A stretch of DNA of 64,000 nt from Candidatus Hadarchaeota archaeon. GTDB lineage: Archaea; CAYQAE01; CAYVLA01. Positions 10,232 to 20,397 of this stretch are shown piece by piece. Numbering within the stretch: the stretch's first letter is position 1; each line of letters opens with the position of its first letter. The position numbers and the translations under genes were made by a program. The stretch is taken from assembly GCA_964621445.1 (NCBI GenBank), contig CAZUNO010000003.1, positions 128,001 through 192,000 of the forward strand, in the 5' to 3' direction. Under the pieces are notes generated by a model. The model worked only from the letters and a program-made list of their open reading frames with translations, ran no database searches and was not told the origin of the DNA.

Positions 10232-10838
10232 AGGTTCGTTACAGGAGCTAATCCTGGTCTCAATATCACAGGCTGGGAAAACCAACCTAGCACCAATAGG
10301 CGTTTGGAGCGATGATAAAGGGCTCTTGGCAAGGATTGGCCGCGAAACCCAGAGCATGCGTAACTTGCTCAGCCGTCCTCAAGCCCGTTTTTGTGTGACC
10401 CTGAACCCGCTATTGATAGCCAAATCGGCGTTTAATCTTGATTGCCATGAATTTATCCTGGATGATAGCAGAGGACTCCCCCAGATATCCGGTTCCGAAG
10501 CCGATATTCTGGTGGAGATGAAGAGCCATAGGGATTTCGTGAAGAGGGACCTGCTTGGGAATTCGCCCTTTGTAGAGGTGCTCTTCGAGGTAAAGGAGGT
10601 CAAGGTAAAAGGATTGCCTCGTCCCCCATCTCGTTCTCTTTGTGCGACCATCGACTCCATCATAGGAATAACTAGGGCTAGGCTGGCTCTTGAAAGGGAA
10701 CTGGAAATATATGAACAGCTGGCTAGGCAGGTAAGAGAAAATATTTCAAAAGCAAGGAGGTTAGGAACAAACCAGGAAGAGGAGGAGGCCCTCCAGCTGT
10801 GCGAGGAAGAGCTGAAAGATATGACTAGAGAGGAGTGA
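10194..10838 (+). CDS. DUF447 family protein (split-barrel fold; linked to H4MPT clusters)
   Basis: NLAPIGV, TQSMRNL and helical C-terminus; overlaps both neighbouring genes. Confidence 0.75.
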   Translation: MKDKMLIEKMMPEGSLQELILVSISQAGKTNLAPIGVWSDDKGLLARIGRETQSMRNLLSRPQARFCVTLNPLLIAKSAFNLDCHEFILDDSRGLPQISGSEADILVEMKSHRDFVKRDLLGNSPFVEVLFEVKEVKVKGLPRPPSRSLCATIDSIIGITRARLALERELEIYEQLARQVRENISKARRLGTNQEEEEALQLCEEELKDMTREE

Positions 10839-12400
10839 GCATGAACATGCTCACTGATGAGGGGGGGAAACCGCTCATAATAACCGGAAGGATCTGCTAT
10901 CCAAGTATAAGTAAACTCACGCGCGAATTTGAAATCTCCATTTATGAGGTACCGATCGACGTCGCGGCCTTACTCACGGCAAATGATGTCATCGATGCCA
11001 TGAAGGATATTGACCTGGAGGAGATAAGCTACGTCATGCTACCGGGTATGTTCAGAGGAGACATAGACGCCCTCCAGGAGCGCTTTCAGATACCGTTCTT
11101 TCTAGGTCCTACTAACTTCGTTGATATACCTCTAGTAGTAAGCGAAACCTCGATCGCCGAGCTATCAAAGACGGTCCCCGCCGATAGGCAAATAGCAGAC
11201 CATAAGCGGAAAGAGGTTCTTGGCTTCTACAGAGATGCACGCCGCAGGGAAAACCAATGGCAAGGGGAACCTCTCATTATTGGTCATGATGATAATGGGG
11301 TATCCATAGGGAGAGGGTGCCCACCTGCACTGGTTGCCGAGGTCGTTGATGCACCAAGGAAGGATGTCAAGGACATCCTAAAGGAATGCAGGCACTACCT
11401 TGAATCCGGAGCAGATATCATAGATATGGGGATGATTCCTCGGGAGGATAACTCGAAATGGATCACATCAACAATACCCGAGATTAAGGCCGAAATCCAG
11501 GCGGCCATCAGTATAGACACAATGTCAGAGAAAGAGATCTTGGCTGCGAACGATCACCAAGCGGATCTTATTCTAAGTATCTGTGGAAGCACCATTGATT
11601 TAGTCCCCAGCATCGACCTGCCCTTTGTGCTAGTTCCCGTTGATGATCCCCAAAGCAAACCCCCTGATTCCAGCCAAGCCAGAGTAGAGAAGCTAAAATC
11701 CTACCTAAAACTCATCGGTAACCGGAATGTAATCCTTGACCCTTTACTGGCACCAATAGGAACTGGATTCTATTCATCCATTAAATCGTATTTAAAACTG
11801 GAGGAGGAACTCCCGAAATTTCCATCATTAATGGGGATAGGAAATGTTACCGAATTAATCGATGTTGATTCCATTGGCATCAACGCAGTGCTCGCTGCTT
11901 TGGCGCTCAAGGCAAACACGTCATTGATCTTAACAACGGAAAACAGCCAAAAATGTAGAAACTCGTTATCGGAGCTCAGCACAGCTTTAGCGATGATCTA
12001 TTACTCACAACAGAAAAAAATAGTCCCAAAAAACATGGGCCTTAACCTCCTTCGCTACAAGGAAAAGAGGAAAAGGATTGATCCCACACCTCTAGCAAAA
12101 CCTGAAATCAAGGCAGGAAAAGGAAAGCAAAAAACGGATATTGATAGGAATATAAAGTTCCACATTTTACTAAGGAACAAAAGAATTCATGTACTGAGGG
12201 AGGGAGAGGGAGATAAGATCCATCTTTCGGGGAATTCCGCCATGGACATCTGCTTTGAGCTGGATAGGCAAGAACTATTGCCGGGACCAGCCCATTCCGT
12301 GTATTTAGGAAGGGAGCTGGCAAAGGCAGAGACCGCGCTAAAGACCGGCCGTAGCTACATCCAGGACCAGAACCTATTCACTGAGGTTGATGAGTCTTGA
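10835..12400 (+). CDS. Dihydropteroate synthase-like protein (TIGR00284-type, DUF4346-like C-terminus)
   Basis: IDVAALLT, VAEVVDAP, GADIIDMG, ISIDT, GNVTELIDVDSIGINA and HSVYLGRELAKAE...YIQD. Confidence 0.88.
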   Translation: MSMNMLTDEGGKPLIITGRICYPSISKLTREFEISIYEVPIDVAALLTANDVIDAMKDIDLEEISYVMLPGMFRGDIDALQERFQIPFFLGPTNFVDIPLVVSETSIAELSKTVPADRQIADHKRKEVLGFYRDARRRENQWQGEPLIIGHDDNGVSIGRGCPPALVAEVVDAPRKDVKDILKECRHYLESGADIIDMGMIPREDNSKWITSTIPEIKAEIQAAISIDTMSEKEILAANDHQADLILSICGSTIDLVPSIDLPFVLVPVDDPQSKPPDSSQARVEKLKSYLKLIGNRNVILDPLLAPIGTGFYSSIKSYLKLEEELPKFPSLMGIGNVTELIDVDSIGINAVLAALALKANTSLILTTENSQKCRNSLSELSTALAMIYYSQQKKIVPKNMGLNLLRYKEKRKRIDPTPLAKPEIKAGKGKQKTDIDRNIKFHILLRNKRIHVLREGEGDKIHLSGNSAMDICFELDRQELLPGPAHSVYLGRELAKAETALKTGRSYIQDQNLFTEVDES

Positions 12401-13392
12401 AAACTGGAGTTCGGGTTAAAACCGGTCCAAGACTCCATTTCGGCTTGTTAGACCTATCCGGTGACATGGGCAGGGTGGACGGTGGAATCGGCATGGCCCT
12501 TCAGGAACCTTCTCTGGTCATCCAGGGTAGGAGATCGAGTTCCACGAAAAGCAACAAGTTCTCTAAACTGGTTGAGTATGCGGTTGACGCTCTAAACAAG
12601 CATTATGATAAAAATTACAGCCTCGATATCCAGGTAGATCGATCTTACCCCCAGCACGTGGGACTGGGATCCACCACCCAGATCCTCCTCTCAATCTCAT
12701 ACATCTACAACTTAATTTTCGGACGAACACATAACTCGCGAGAAATGGCCAATTTGCTAGGGCGAGGTGGAACATCCGGGATTGGGGTAGCATCCTTTCG
12801 ATCAGGAGGCTTCATACTTGATGCAGGTCATACCTTTGGTCATAACGGTGAAAAGAATACATTCCTGCCGTCGAGGGTTTCTAATTGTCCTCCTGCACCC
12901 GTTCTCTTTAGGCATCGCATTGCATCTGACTGGGTCGTTGATCTACTCGTACCCCTTGATTCCCCAGGCCTCTCCGGTAGACCTGAAGCCGAATTCTTTC
13001 AGAAAAAATGCCCAATTCCTCGGCCAGAAACCGATAGGATATCTAGAATAGTATTATCAATTATCCTTCCAAGCGTTATTTCATCTGATATTAAACGCTT
13101 TTCTAAAGGCATTAACCTACTTACAACGTTGGGATTCAAGTATCTAGAGATACAAAACCAATCTGAATACGTAAGGAATCTAATTTCCGATATTAAACTG
13201 GTTACTAAAAATCAAGCAGCAGTTGGTTTAAGTTCATTTGGTCCAACCGTTTTTGTTATAAGTAAAAATAATTTAAGAATGAAATTCATTGATAAATTAA
13301 AGGATCACATATCGTATATACAATCACAACATGGAGTTACTTACTACGTAACAAGGTGTAGAAATATTGGGGCTACTGTAAATGTATGGTAG
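12397..13392 (+). CDS. mptG: Beta-ribofuranosylaminobenzene 5'-phosphate synthase (GHMP fold)
   Basis: PRLHFGLLDL, PQHVGLGSTTQ, GRGGTSGIG, GGFILDAGH and GLSSFGPT. Confidence 0.92.
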   Translation: MKTGVRVKTGPRLHFGLLDLSGDMGRVDGGIGMALQEPSLVIQGRRSSSTKSNKFSKLVEYAVDALNKHYDKNYSLDIQVDRSYPQHVGLGSTTQILLSISYIYNLIFGRTHNSREMANLLGRGGTSGIGVASFRSGGFILDAGHTFGHNGEKNTFLPSRVSNCPPAPVLFRHRIASDWVVDLLVPLDSPGLSGRPEAEFFQKKCPIPRPETDRISRIVLSIILPSVISSDIKRFSKGINLLTTLGFKYLEIQNQSEYVRNLISDIKLVTKNQAAVGLSSFGPTVFVISKNNLRMKFIDKLKDHISYIQSQHGVTYYVTRCRNIGATVNVW

Positions 13393-13580
13393 TTATCTTC
13401 ATTGTTTGATTGTTTGACAAAGGAAACAGAACAACCTGAAAGAGGGGTACTATTGAGTTTTGTTTGATCGTTTGAATGATTATAGTTGTAGCTCCGATGG
13501 ATATCTTGGAAAAGAGCATTTTCCCACCTGGTTTAGTTTTTTGTTTGTGTATGTTTGTTCAAATGTTCAAATGGATTGGG

Positions 13581-14681
13581 TTATCCCTTTTTGAAGGCTC
13601 TGGTAATATCTTTGGAGAGAGTGTACTTGTTTTTTCTCCCGACTTTTTCCACTTGAACTGCTCCCATGTTACGTAACCTGTTTAGTTGGGTGTTTATGCT
13701 ACCGTAGTTGTCAACGTCGAGTTCATCTAGCACATCCTTTATGAAGGCACCGTCGGGATAGTCAACAAGGGCCTGGATTATCTCACTTTGTTGTGGTGAG
13801 TATCTTTCTAGGATCTGTTCTCTCATTGGGCCCGTGTCCTTCTTCTTTCCTAGGTAATCAGCGACCAGATCGGCATCTATAACATCTTTCCCTGACCTAA
13901 TAGTCTGGAAGACTAATTGAGCTGCTATGGTTAGAGTATCCCTGGGTACCCCGTTTGAGTGTGCATGGATCTGTTCTATCGCCTCGTCTGTGAAGGGAAG
14001 GCCATCCTCTACTTCCTTCTCACCCCTGGCCCATGCTATTCTCCTGTAGATAAGTTCCTTTGTTTCTTCTAGGTCGAATGCCTCGAGGTAGATACGCATC
14101 TTTATTCGATCCTCGAGCGGAGGAACTTTCTTCCTGATGGTGTCTAGAGCATCTTCAGTTCCCGCGAACACTATGGACCCGCCGGCATCGTGTAGGGTTC
14201 TCACCCATCGGGCAGCTGGTTCGGATATTTCCTGGAATTCGTCGATTAAGATAACGATGTTTTCTTGTTGTAGGTGTTGTGTTATGTTTGTTGCAATTCT
14301 GTCTAGCTCTAGGGCCCTGTTTCTGGAAAAGATGGAGGATAGTCTTTCCAGGATGGAGGGTGAGTGAACGTTTTGATGTATGTGCCGGAGCATTTCGTCG
14401 TGGGTAAGGGGTTTTTCTATTAGGATTACCTTTCCGCCATTTTCCTTGCGAAGCATGTAGTGAAGCTTCTTTAGAAATGCGCTTTTACCATATCCTATGG
14501 GGGAAAGAATGGATACCATGCCCTGGTTATGTTGAAGCATGAAGGTTGCTTGGTTAAGTTCCTCTTCGTATCTGGGAACATAAACGAATTCATTGGGTAA
14601 AGGAGTATTCAGAATAAAGGGTTCTCTTCCGTGAGTCCAGCCTTGTTTGTTATAGAACTCCTCTGTTATGTTGGTGTTCAA
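13581..14681 (-). CDS. AAA+ ATPase (ExeA/Orc1-like core) with C-terminal winged helix
   Basis: Walker A SPIGYGKS, Walker B ILIDEFQ, sensor region SNGVPR; C-terminal wHTH (QQSEIIQAL...SINTQLNRLRNMGAVQVEKVGRKNKYTL). Confidence 0.8.
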   Translation of the reverse strand: MNTNITEEFYNKQGWTHGREPFILNTPLPNEFVYVPRYEEELNQATFMLQHNQGMVSILSPIGYGKSAFLKKLHYMLRKENGGKVILIEKPLTHDEMLRHIHQNVHSPSILERLSSIFSRNRALELDRIATNITQHLQQENIVILIDEFQEISEPAARWVRTLHDAGGSIVFAGTEDALDTIRKKVPPLEDRIKMRIYLEAFDLEETKELIYRRIAWARGEKEVEDGLPFTDEAIEQIHAHSNGVPRDTLTIAAQLVFQTIRSGKDVIDADLVADYLGKKKDTGPMREQILERYSPQQSEIIQALVDYPDGAFIKDVLDELDVDNYGSINTQLNRLRNMGAVQVEKVGRKNKYTLSKDITRAFKKG

Positions 14682-15226
14682 TTTCTACCACTGAGGTGCG
14701 TGCCTTAAGGATCGTCTTGTGCGGGTAAACCTAAACATCACTCTAACGTTTGCTGAACATAGATAACGTACGGCTTCCAATAATTGATAGGCAAATCTCG
14801 TTCTAATAAAGCTTTTTGTTTTATTTGTTGGCCCATGTTTTAGTTGTTGTTGCGCTCTGATCAGAAGTTGTATGAATAGTTGGGTTTGTTGTTATTGTTG
14901 GGGTGCTTTGGTAGGCAATTTTGATAGGCCTGGATATATCCAAAAGCAGATGATAATGATTTCGTTTGGTTTGTTGGTCTATTGTGTTCCTTCCGTTATG
15001 CTTGAATGTTTGGTGGGGTTTAACTCAGAGACCGTTGTTGGTCTTGTTGGAGTTAGTTATTGCTTACGTTAGGAGTTTGTATATGTTTGTTATTGATACG
15101 TTTACCTGTTAGCTGAACCGTTTATTGATGCGGTATAGTTGTTAGGCAGGTTTGAATTTGTTTGTTTTGGTGTTATTGGCGGTGGATAATGGCTGTTTAA
15201 TTTGTTGATTTGTTATTAAGCGTATG
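14682..15226. other. Non-coding G/T-skewed low-complexity tract with recurring GTTTG/TGTT motifs
   Basis: For example 15121-15180 has G18 T30 A9 C3; no credible ORF. Confidence 0.7.
14804..14818 (-). promoter_or_regulatory. BRE/TATA promoter candidate for the AAA+ gene
   Basis: CAAAAAGCTTTATTA on the minus strand about 120 nt upstream of the start. Confidence 0.5.
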
Positions 15227-16156
15227 TTATGCTTTAGCTCGACCTATTAAATGGCGGGAAATTGCGCCAGTTACGTCAACTCCGGATGCCCTAGCGGTTG
15301 CTTCAAATGATGGAGAAGGGTTAACTTCAAGTAGCTTATGCCCTTCGGAAGTATCAAGAATGTCTACGCCGGCAATATCTAGATTAAGTACTTCTGAAGC
15401 CTTAATAGCGTCTTCAGCCATCTCAGCGGGTATATATTGTTTATCCAGCGCCTCTGCGGTGGCACCAAGGGATATATTATGCTTGTATATGGAGCCCTGT
15501 CGCTTTATTGCAGCGATGATTTCATTACCAACAAGCAGTATTCTAATATCATATGAGGAAGGAATGTAGGGCTGGATCATGGCGGGTTGTTTGTTCATAT
15601 GAAAGAGGGAAAGGGTGTCTCCTAAACAAACATCATCCTTAGCTAACATAACACCAATCCCACCAGCGCTTTGAAGGGCCTTGATTACACAGGGGGAATG
15701 GATAGTTGAGTTTGTTATATGTATGTTACGTATGGGGTTTGGTGATACGAAAAAGGGAACTATTGGTAAATCATTTTTAGATAGAATGGAGAGACAAAGA
15801 TGCTTCCTGGCGCTTAGATATATGGAACGCGGATGGTTAATAACGGGGACTTGTTGAGAGGCAATCCACATGGTCTCAAAAAAGAATTGGAAACATCTAG
15901 GACCGTATTCCTCAAGCCATGAAGATATGGGCCTTTGGAAAATTAGATCAAAGGAGGAAAATGACATGTTTTCAACTTGGCCGTAAGCTAGGTCATTTAG
16001 GTCTGGAGAAGGGCCTGAACCGGTTTGAGGATGATTGATTAGGGAGAGCCAGGTGTCATTTGGACTGAAAACATCAAATTCGATGCCCAGGGAATTGAAT
16101 TTTGGGGCAAAAAGGGATACTTCCTTTTTGTTTTTTGGAAAGTAGGCTATCCTCAT
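15227..16156 (-). CDS. RimK-family ATP-grasp ligase (MptN/CofF-like cofactor alpha-L-glutamate ligase)
   Basis: VINHP, IKALQSAGGIGV, IQPYI..DIRILLVG, NISLGA, AGVDIL and LEVNPSP; sits within the cofactor cluster. Confidence 0.8.
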   Translation of the reverse strand: MRIAYFPKNKKEVSLFAPKFNSLGIEFDVFSPNDTWLSLINHPQTGSGPSPDLNDLAYGQVENMSFSSFDLIFQRPISSWLEEYGPRCFQFFFETMWIASQQVPVINHPRSIYLSARKHLCLSILSKNDLPIVPFFVSPNPIRNIHITNSTIHSPCVIKALQSAGGIGVMLAKDDVCLGDTLSLFHMNKQPAMIQPYIPSSYDIRILLVGNEIIAAIKRQGSIYKHNISLGATAEALDKQYIPAEMAEDAIKASEVLNLDIAGVDILDTSEGHKLLEVNPSPSFEATARASGVDVTGAISRHLIGRAKA

Positions 16157-16176
16157 TGGAATTCCCTTTGATTTTA

Positions 16177-16198
16177 TGTTATGACTTGTAGCATAACA
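16177..16198. promoter_or_regulatory. Inverted repeat TGTTATG-N8-CATAACA, candidate operator
   Basis: Perfect 7 bp arms 21 nt upstream of the RimK-like start. Confidence 0.45.
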
Positions 16199-16199
16199 A

Positions 16200-16725
16200 G
16201 AAGGGGGGGAAAAGTTATATGTGTTGTTATGATTAGAATAATGGAGTAAGAAAGGGGTTGGCTGATAACGGCAAGGTTAGAGATTTGGGTTAATAACAAT
16301 AGGGGGTAAATGGGGAAATTACAAATAAATATTAATAAGATTGATTCCAAAAGTTATTAATCATTTTATTCAGCATTGGAATTAGAAGCCAGAAATGCGT
16401 TCATGAAGATATGAGATGACATTAATCCTGTATCTGGGACGTTGGAGATTATCATTTGCTAAATAAAGAAATCTAAGGGCCTGGCCTGCCGGTTACGGGC
16501 ATTAATTGTAAATCATAATAAGTCTCAAAAAGGGGGGTGGAAACGGAAAAAAAGAAAGAGGCATCTCGAAAAGGGGCAAAAGGGGGGTGCTAGTGTAACT
16601 ATATATGAATTAGGGCTGCAATAAGGTTTAATTAAAAAAATGGACAGCTATGGGGGCATAAGAGGAGTAATGGGAAGCAAAAAGGGGTTTGATGGGTAAT
16701 AAGATGGGTGTTAGGAGGGGGTCAA
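16200..16725 (+). repeat. AT-rich non-coding region with co-oriented AAGGGG G-strings
   Basis: AAGGGG runs near 16201, 16252, 16530, 16571, 16580 and 16682; TCTCRAAAAGGGG-like occurs twice. Confidence 0.55.
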
Positions 16726-16748
16726 GGATGCAGGATTATTTCTAATAC

Positions 16749-17456
16749 TCAAATTAGGGTTTCTTTGAAACGATCAACCCTATGTGCCGTTATTTTACCG
16801 TTACGCCGGTCGTTAGATTGACAGGCAGCACCTCTGATACCTATAACATCTGGTGATAATGTTTTGAGTTGTTTAGAGTGATTCAGATTTAGGGAGCCGG
16901 CCAGGGCGGAGATCATATCCATTTCCTGGAGGTGGGAGATAAATGAACAGAGTTCATCATAAGCCATGAAGTCAAACAAACATCTACCATCTTTGTTTAT
17001 TGTGTCGATAAGGACCCCATCAGCTCCAGATTGGGATGCCGCCTGGAGTAGGACCAGGGGGGAAATGGACCCAACAAGTTCCCAGTCGGCGTAGCCACAG
17101 GCTATTACCTTAATCGAGGGATCGATTGATTTAACGATATCAACGGAGGGGGTGAGTAGGGCTTGGGCCTCGGATTGGGTTTTTGTACCAAAGAGACCAA
17201 GCTTAACGTAATCCGGTGAAAGATATGCCGCCCCGGCGGCTGCCAAGCTGACGGTTCCGGGAAGATTTGGGAGATCACCTATAGCACAACTGGTTTCACT
17301 TGTTCCGTTTACGGCATCGATAATCCTAGAGGCCTTCTGGGGAGTTGGGGCTCCAAGAGAGCCCTCCGCGGGATTCTTTATGTCAACAATGTCGGCGCCA
17401 CCCGAGATGGCTTCTGGCACCTCTTCCTCGTCTACAACGCTGACTAGTAACCTCAT
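16749..17456 (-). CDS. mfnB: (5-formylfuran-3-yl)methyl phosphate synthase
   Basis: MRLLVSV, GADIVDIKNPAEGSLGA, AIGDLP, YVKLGL, ALAGSL and DVIGIRGAAC. Confidence 0.95.
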   Translation of the reverse strand: MRLLVSVVDEEEVPEAISGGADIVDIKNPAEGSLGAPTPQKASRIIDAVNGTSETSCAIGDLPNLPGTVSLAAAGAAYLSPDYVKLGLFGTKTQSEAQALLTPSVDIVKSIDPSIKVIACGYADWELVGSISPLVLLQAASQSGADGVLIDTINKDGRCLFDFMAYDELCSFISHLQEMDMISALAGSLNLNHSKQLKTLSPDVIGIRGAACQSNDRRNGKITAHRVDRFKETLI

Positions 17457-18127
17457 GATGTGATGGTAGAGGATTCGCTATAAATATGAGTTCCATACGT
17501 TCGGCCGTTAACCAAAAGCTGATGAATTCGTTTTGGGTGGTGACCATTTACAATCCATGCCTCAAGTCCATGTTTCCTAAGAATAATCGGGAGATATTCG
17601 TCTACCAGGGATTGACGGTGACCGGAGAGGTCCTTTGCTGTGAGGGATTTGATGATCTCTTTGGATTTTTGATTCGTCAGCCCATCAACAGATTTTAATA
17701 GAAGCAATTTGGAGTTTAGGGTATTGGCTAAATAAGCGGAGATTGTATCGGAGGTCACTTCCCAGCTTTGGGGAAGATCTGATTCCTTGATAGGCGAGTA
17801 GGGAAGAAAAATGGGGATCGGTTTGCCGGGTTCCGGCTTTGGCTGCGTCGATAGGCTAAAGTAATTCGGCCAGCTAGATTCAATACAATAAGCGTTGAGG
17901 TGCATGGCAAGGATTGCCAGCCAGTGAGAACCTCTATTCCCAATACTGTAGTTATGCCCCAGTTTTCTGATTAGATCTGCATAGGAGCCCCCACCCGCTA
18001 CAGCCGCAATATCTTTTATCTTATGGACATTCCAAAGCTCGCCGACTATTTCTTCCAGTATCTCACTTGCGTCATTTATGAGACTTCCACCGATCTTCAC
18101 GACCCACATTACTTGGCCATCCTCCAT
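17453..18127 (-). CDS. mfnE: [5-(aminomethyl)furan-3-yl]methyl phosphate kinase (amino-acid kinase family)
   Basis: VVKIGGSL, GGGSYADLIR, HWLAILAM, LPQSWEVTSDTI and KSVDG; in operon with mfnB/F/D. Confidence 0.85.
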   Translation of the reverse strand: MEDGQVMWVVKIGGSLINDASEILEEIVGELWNVHKIKDIAAVAGGGSYADLIRKLGHNYSIGNRGSHWLAILAMHLNAYCIESSWPNYFSLSTQPKPEPGKPIPIFLPYSPIKESDLPQSWEVTSDTISAYLANTLNSKLLLLKSVDGLTNQKSKEIIKSLTAKDLSGHRQSLVDEYLPIILRKHGLEAWIVNGHHPKRIHQLLVNGRTYGTHIYSESSTITS

Positions 18128-19170
18128 GCCTCAATCGAAAGTGAAACCGCTGGAGCTGTAGTGCAAACCTCCTTTTCCAGGCCGGCAACATCCATGTTGA
18201 GTTCCTGGTTCACGAAATTTTGGAAGGGGATAGGTGTTTTTAATCCGGTCTTTAGGGCGGCTGGTTTGGCAAGACATTCAGAGCCGCTTCCCGCGATAAT
18301 ACAGGGAATCTCTGTCCCGAGTTTGGCTCTGTTGAGAACAAAGCCGATGGACTTCTCCACCCTTTCAATCTGTCTATTGCGAACCGAGACGGCGATTTCT
18401 CGGATCTGGTTCCCATTAAGCTCTTGAAGGTCCGAGCACACGACTCTGGCCAGTCTTCTCATGCAGGCGGTAAGGTTTGTTCCCTTGCCATCAGCTGTAG
18501 GTCCGCCGTAATCACCTGGACCTAACAGACCGAGAATTATGTTGACATCGCCCATAGTTGCAAATTCCTCTGAAGCGCAGGGGATTTCACTACCACCCAA
18601 ATTCACCGAGTCCACTACTGTGGCTACGTTGGTCCTAGTCGAACCGGTGTATACCAGTTCCCGATTCTTGAGTCTACCTCTGTCCGTTGGGTCATTGACA
18701 GCTGGACGTCCAGATAGGATGGGGATTATATCGGTGGTGGTTGATCCCGAATCTATTAGCAAGGACTGGGAGTGAGCTCTCCCTATCAGCAAGGATGTTG
18801 GGACCCAATTTGCTGCGGCGACTTCCAATGGGCGGGATATTGCTGTTTTGCCCTTAACCACCGATCCCGAGTTTAGGATGATTCTGGTTTCTGGCTCCTG
18901 TTCTAGGAGACTAGAAAGAACGAATTCTACTCCCTGCTTTTTTGATTGGAAGCAATCCGCGAGCTCCGCCGTCATGGTGGCCAAGGTTAGATGTGGGACA
19001 GCCTGGTAGGGCTCCAATAGCTTCTGAACTAATTTGGGGAAAGAGCGGTAGTTCTTCCAAAATGGATGGTAGATTGATTTTAGGTCACGGATTTCGAGCC
19101 CCTCTCCCCCATTTGAGGTTACTGCAATTTTGGTGTTTGCACCGCCAATATCTAACCCGATTGCTAGCAT
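18109..19170 (-). CDS. mfnF: Methanofuran biosynthesis protein (hydantoinase A-like)
   Basis: GLDIGGANTK, TMTAELADCF, AAANW, DSGSTTTDIIP, ELVYTG.TRT and RLARVVCSD. Confidence 0.92.
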   Translation of the reverse strand: MLAIGLDIGGANTKIAVTSNGGEGLEIRDLKSIYHPFWKNYRSFPKLVQKLLEPYQAVPHLTLATMTAELADCFQSKKQGVEFVLSSLLEQEPETRIILNSGSVVKGKTAISRPLEVAAANWVPTSLLIGRAHSQSLLIDSGSTTTDIIPILSGRPAVNDPTDRGRLKNRELVYTGSTRTNVATVVDSVNLGGSEIPCASEEFATMGDVNIILGLLGPGDYGGPTADGKGTNLTACMRRLARVVCSDLQELNGNQIREIAVSVRNRQIERVEKSIGFVLNRAKLGTEIPCIIAGSGSECLAKPAALKTGLKTPIPFQNFVNQELNMDVAGLEKEVCTTAPAVSLSIEAWRMAK

Positions 19171-20348
19171 TTGATGTGCCTCTCTGATAGCCATTTCTTT
19201 ACACGGGCAAATCGTTGAGGTATCTCCATGGAGTCCTTGGCCCAAACACAGGTCAATACCTTGCTTTTTCCCTTCATATAGTAGGGACCCACAGGAAATG
19301 GTGGGGAAACTATCATCTTACTTTGAAACATCTTCTGGTGGATTGATTGGTCAAATGGGACGGTCCGGATTAAGGGTAGTATGGACCATTTTGAAAAGCC
19401 CTCAGTATCAACAGCGGTTTTCTCCCCGGTGATGATCGATGCCAATCCTTTCTGGATTATCTTTTCTATACCTATACATGATGTGGTCATCCTGGGATTT
19501 ATCTCCATAAAATGAGCCTTGCCCTGACTATATACAAAGTCTAGGGTCATCAGGCCCTTAAGCTTGCTCTTTGTTACCATGGAGGAGATATCATCCCAAA
19601 GCCCACGAACGGGAAGGGGGAATGGGCTGGAACCACCCAGGTATTCAAGCTCTTGAGAAGCCTGGATGGCTTGGGTGTTAATTGCAAGAGGAATTACCTC
19701 GCTTTCCATGGCCATGAAGGTCGCACTGAGGTGGCGTCCCTGCTTGAATTCCTGAATAATGGCAGAATTCCACCCGGAGCTCCTTAATTTTGCAGCTGCG
19801 CGTCTGCAATCGCTATTGCTTCTAACTATGGTTGTGCCCTCGCATCCAGCCCCGTCAGGGGGTTTTATAACCAGGGGTAAACCCATTTTGGGGATTGCCC
19901 TGGATATTTCCTTGGTAGTAGATTCAGTGGTTAAGGTTCTGGGCACGGACAGGAAATTGCATTGCTGGTCGACTAATTCAAATGAAGAGGGCTTATTCGC
20001 CAACCGGGAAACCGTTCCCGAGGGGCAGCTCAACAATTCCGTTTCCTGCTCAATGGCACGAGTGAGCTCGAGGAGTTTTCCGCCTGATTCTGGAGCAATT
20101 ATGAAAGCGGCGTCGAAGCTAGATGAAGTCTCTGGGAGCTCTTCCATTGGGTTTTCCCGGGGAAATACCAGATCATAGATCGGTAAAAAACCGGCCTCTC
20201 TCTTTAAACTCTTATTAACTGCGGCGGTAACCTCGTGACCATCCTTTTTGAAGGATTCACATAACGTCCGGAGCATGCCGAACCCCTGTGGCAGAATGCT
20301 TCTCGGCCCGCCCTTGAGTGATGTCCATTCCGACAGGAGGAGCTTCAT
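19164..20348 (-). CDS. mfnD: Tyramine--L-glutamate ligase-like ATP-grasp protein
   Basis: GFGMLRTL, IIAPESGG.L, VIKPPDGAGCEG and MEINPRMTTS; mfn operon context. Confidence 0.82.
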   Translation of the reverse strand: MKLLLSEWTSLKGGPRSILPQGFGMLRTLCESFKKDGHEVTAAVNKSLKREAGFLPIYDLVFPRENPMEELPETSSSFDAAFIIAPESGGKLLELTRAIEQETELLSCPSGTVSRLANKPSSFELVDQQCNFLSVPRTLTTESTTKEISRAIPKMGLPLVIKPPDGAGCEGTTIVRSNSDCRRAAAKLRSSGWNSAIIQEFKQGRHLSATFMAMESEVIPLAINTQAIQASQELEYLGGSSPFPLPVRGLWDDISSMVTKSKLKGLMTLDFVYSQGKAHFMEINPRMTTSCIGIEKIIQKGLASIITGEKTAVDTEGFSKWSILPLIRTVPFDQSIHQKMFQSKMIVSPPFPVGPYYMKGKSKVLTCVWAKDSMEIPQRFARVKKWLSERHIKC

Positions 20349-20397
20349 GGCTACGCATTTAATAGCGGACTTCTTTTAAATCTGGTGAGCTGGGACC

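Noticed and set aside
14872-15072. Short ORFs in the skewed regions (also 13476-13676 and 59598-59831)
   Set aside because: Amino-acid composition merely reflects the nucleotide skew; no recognisable motifs
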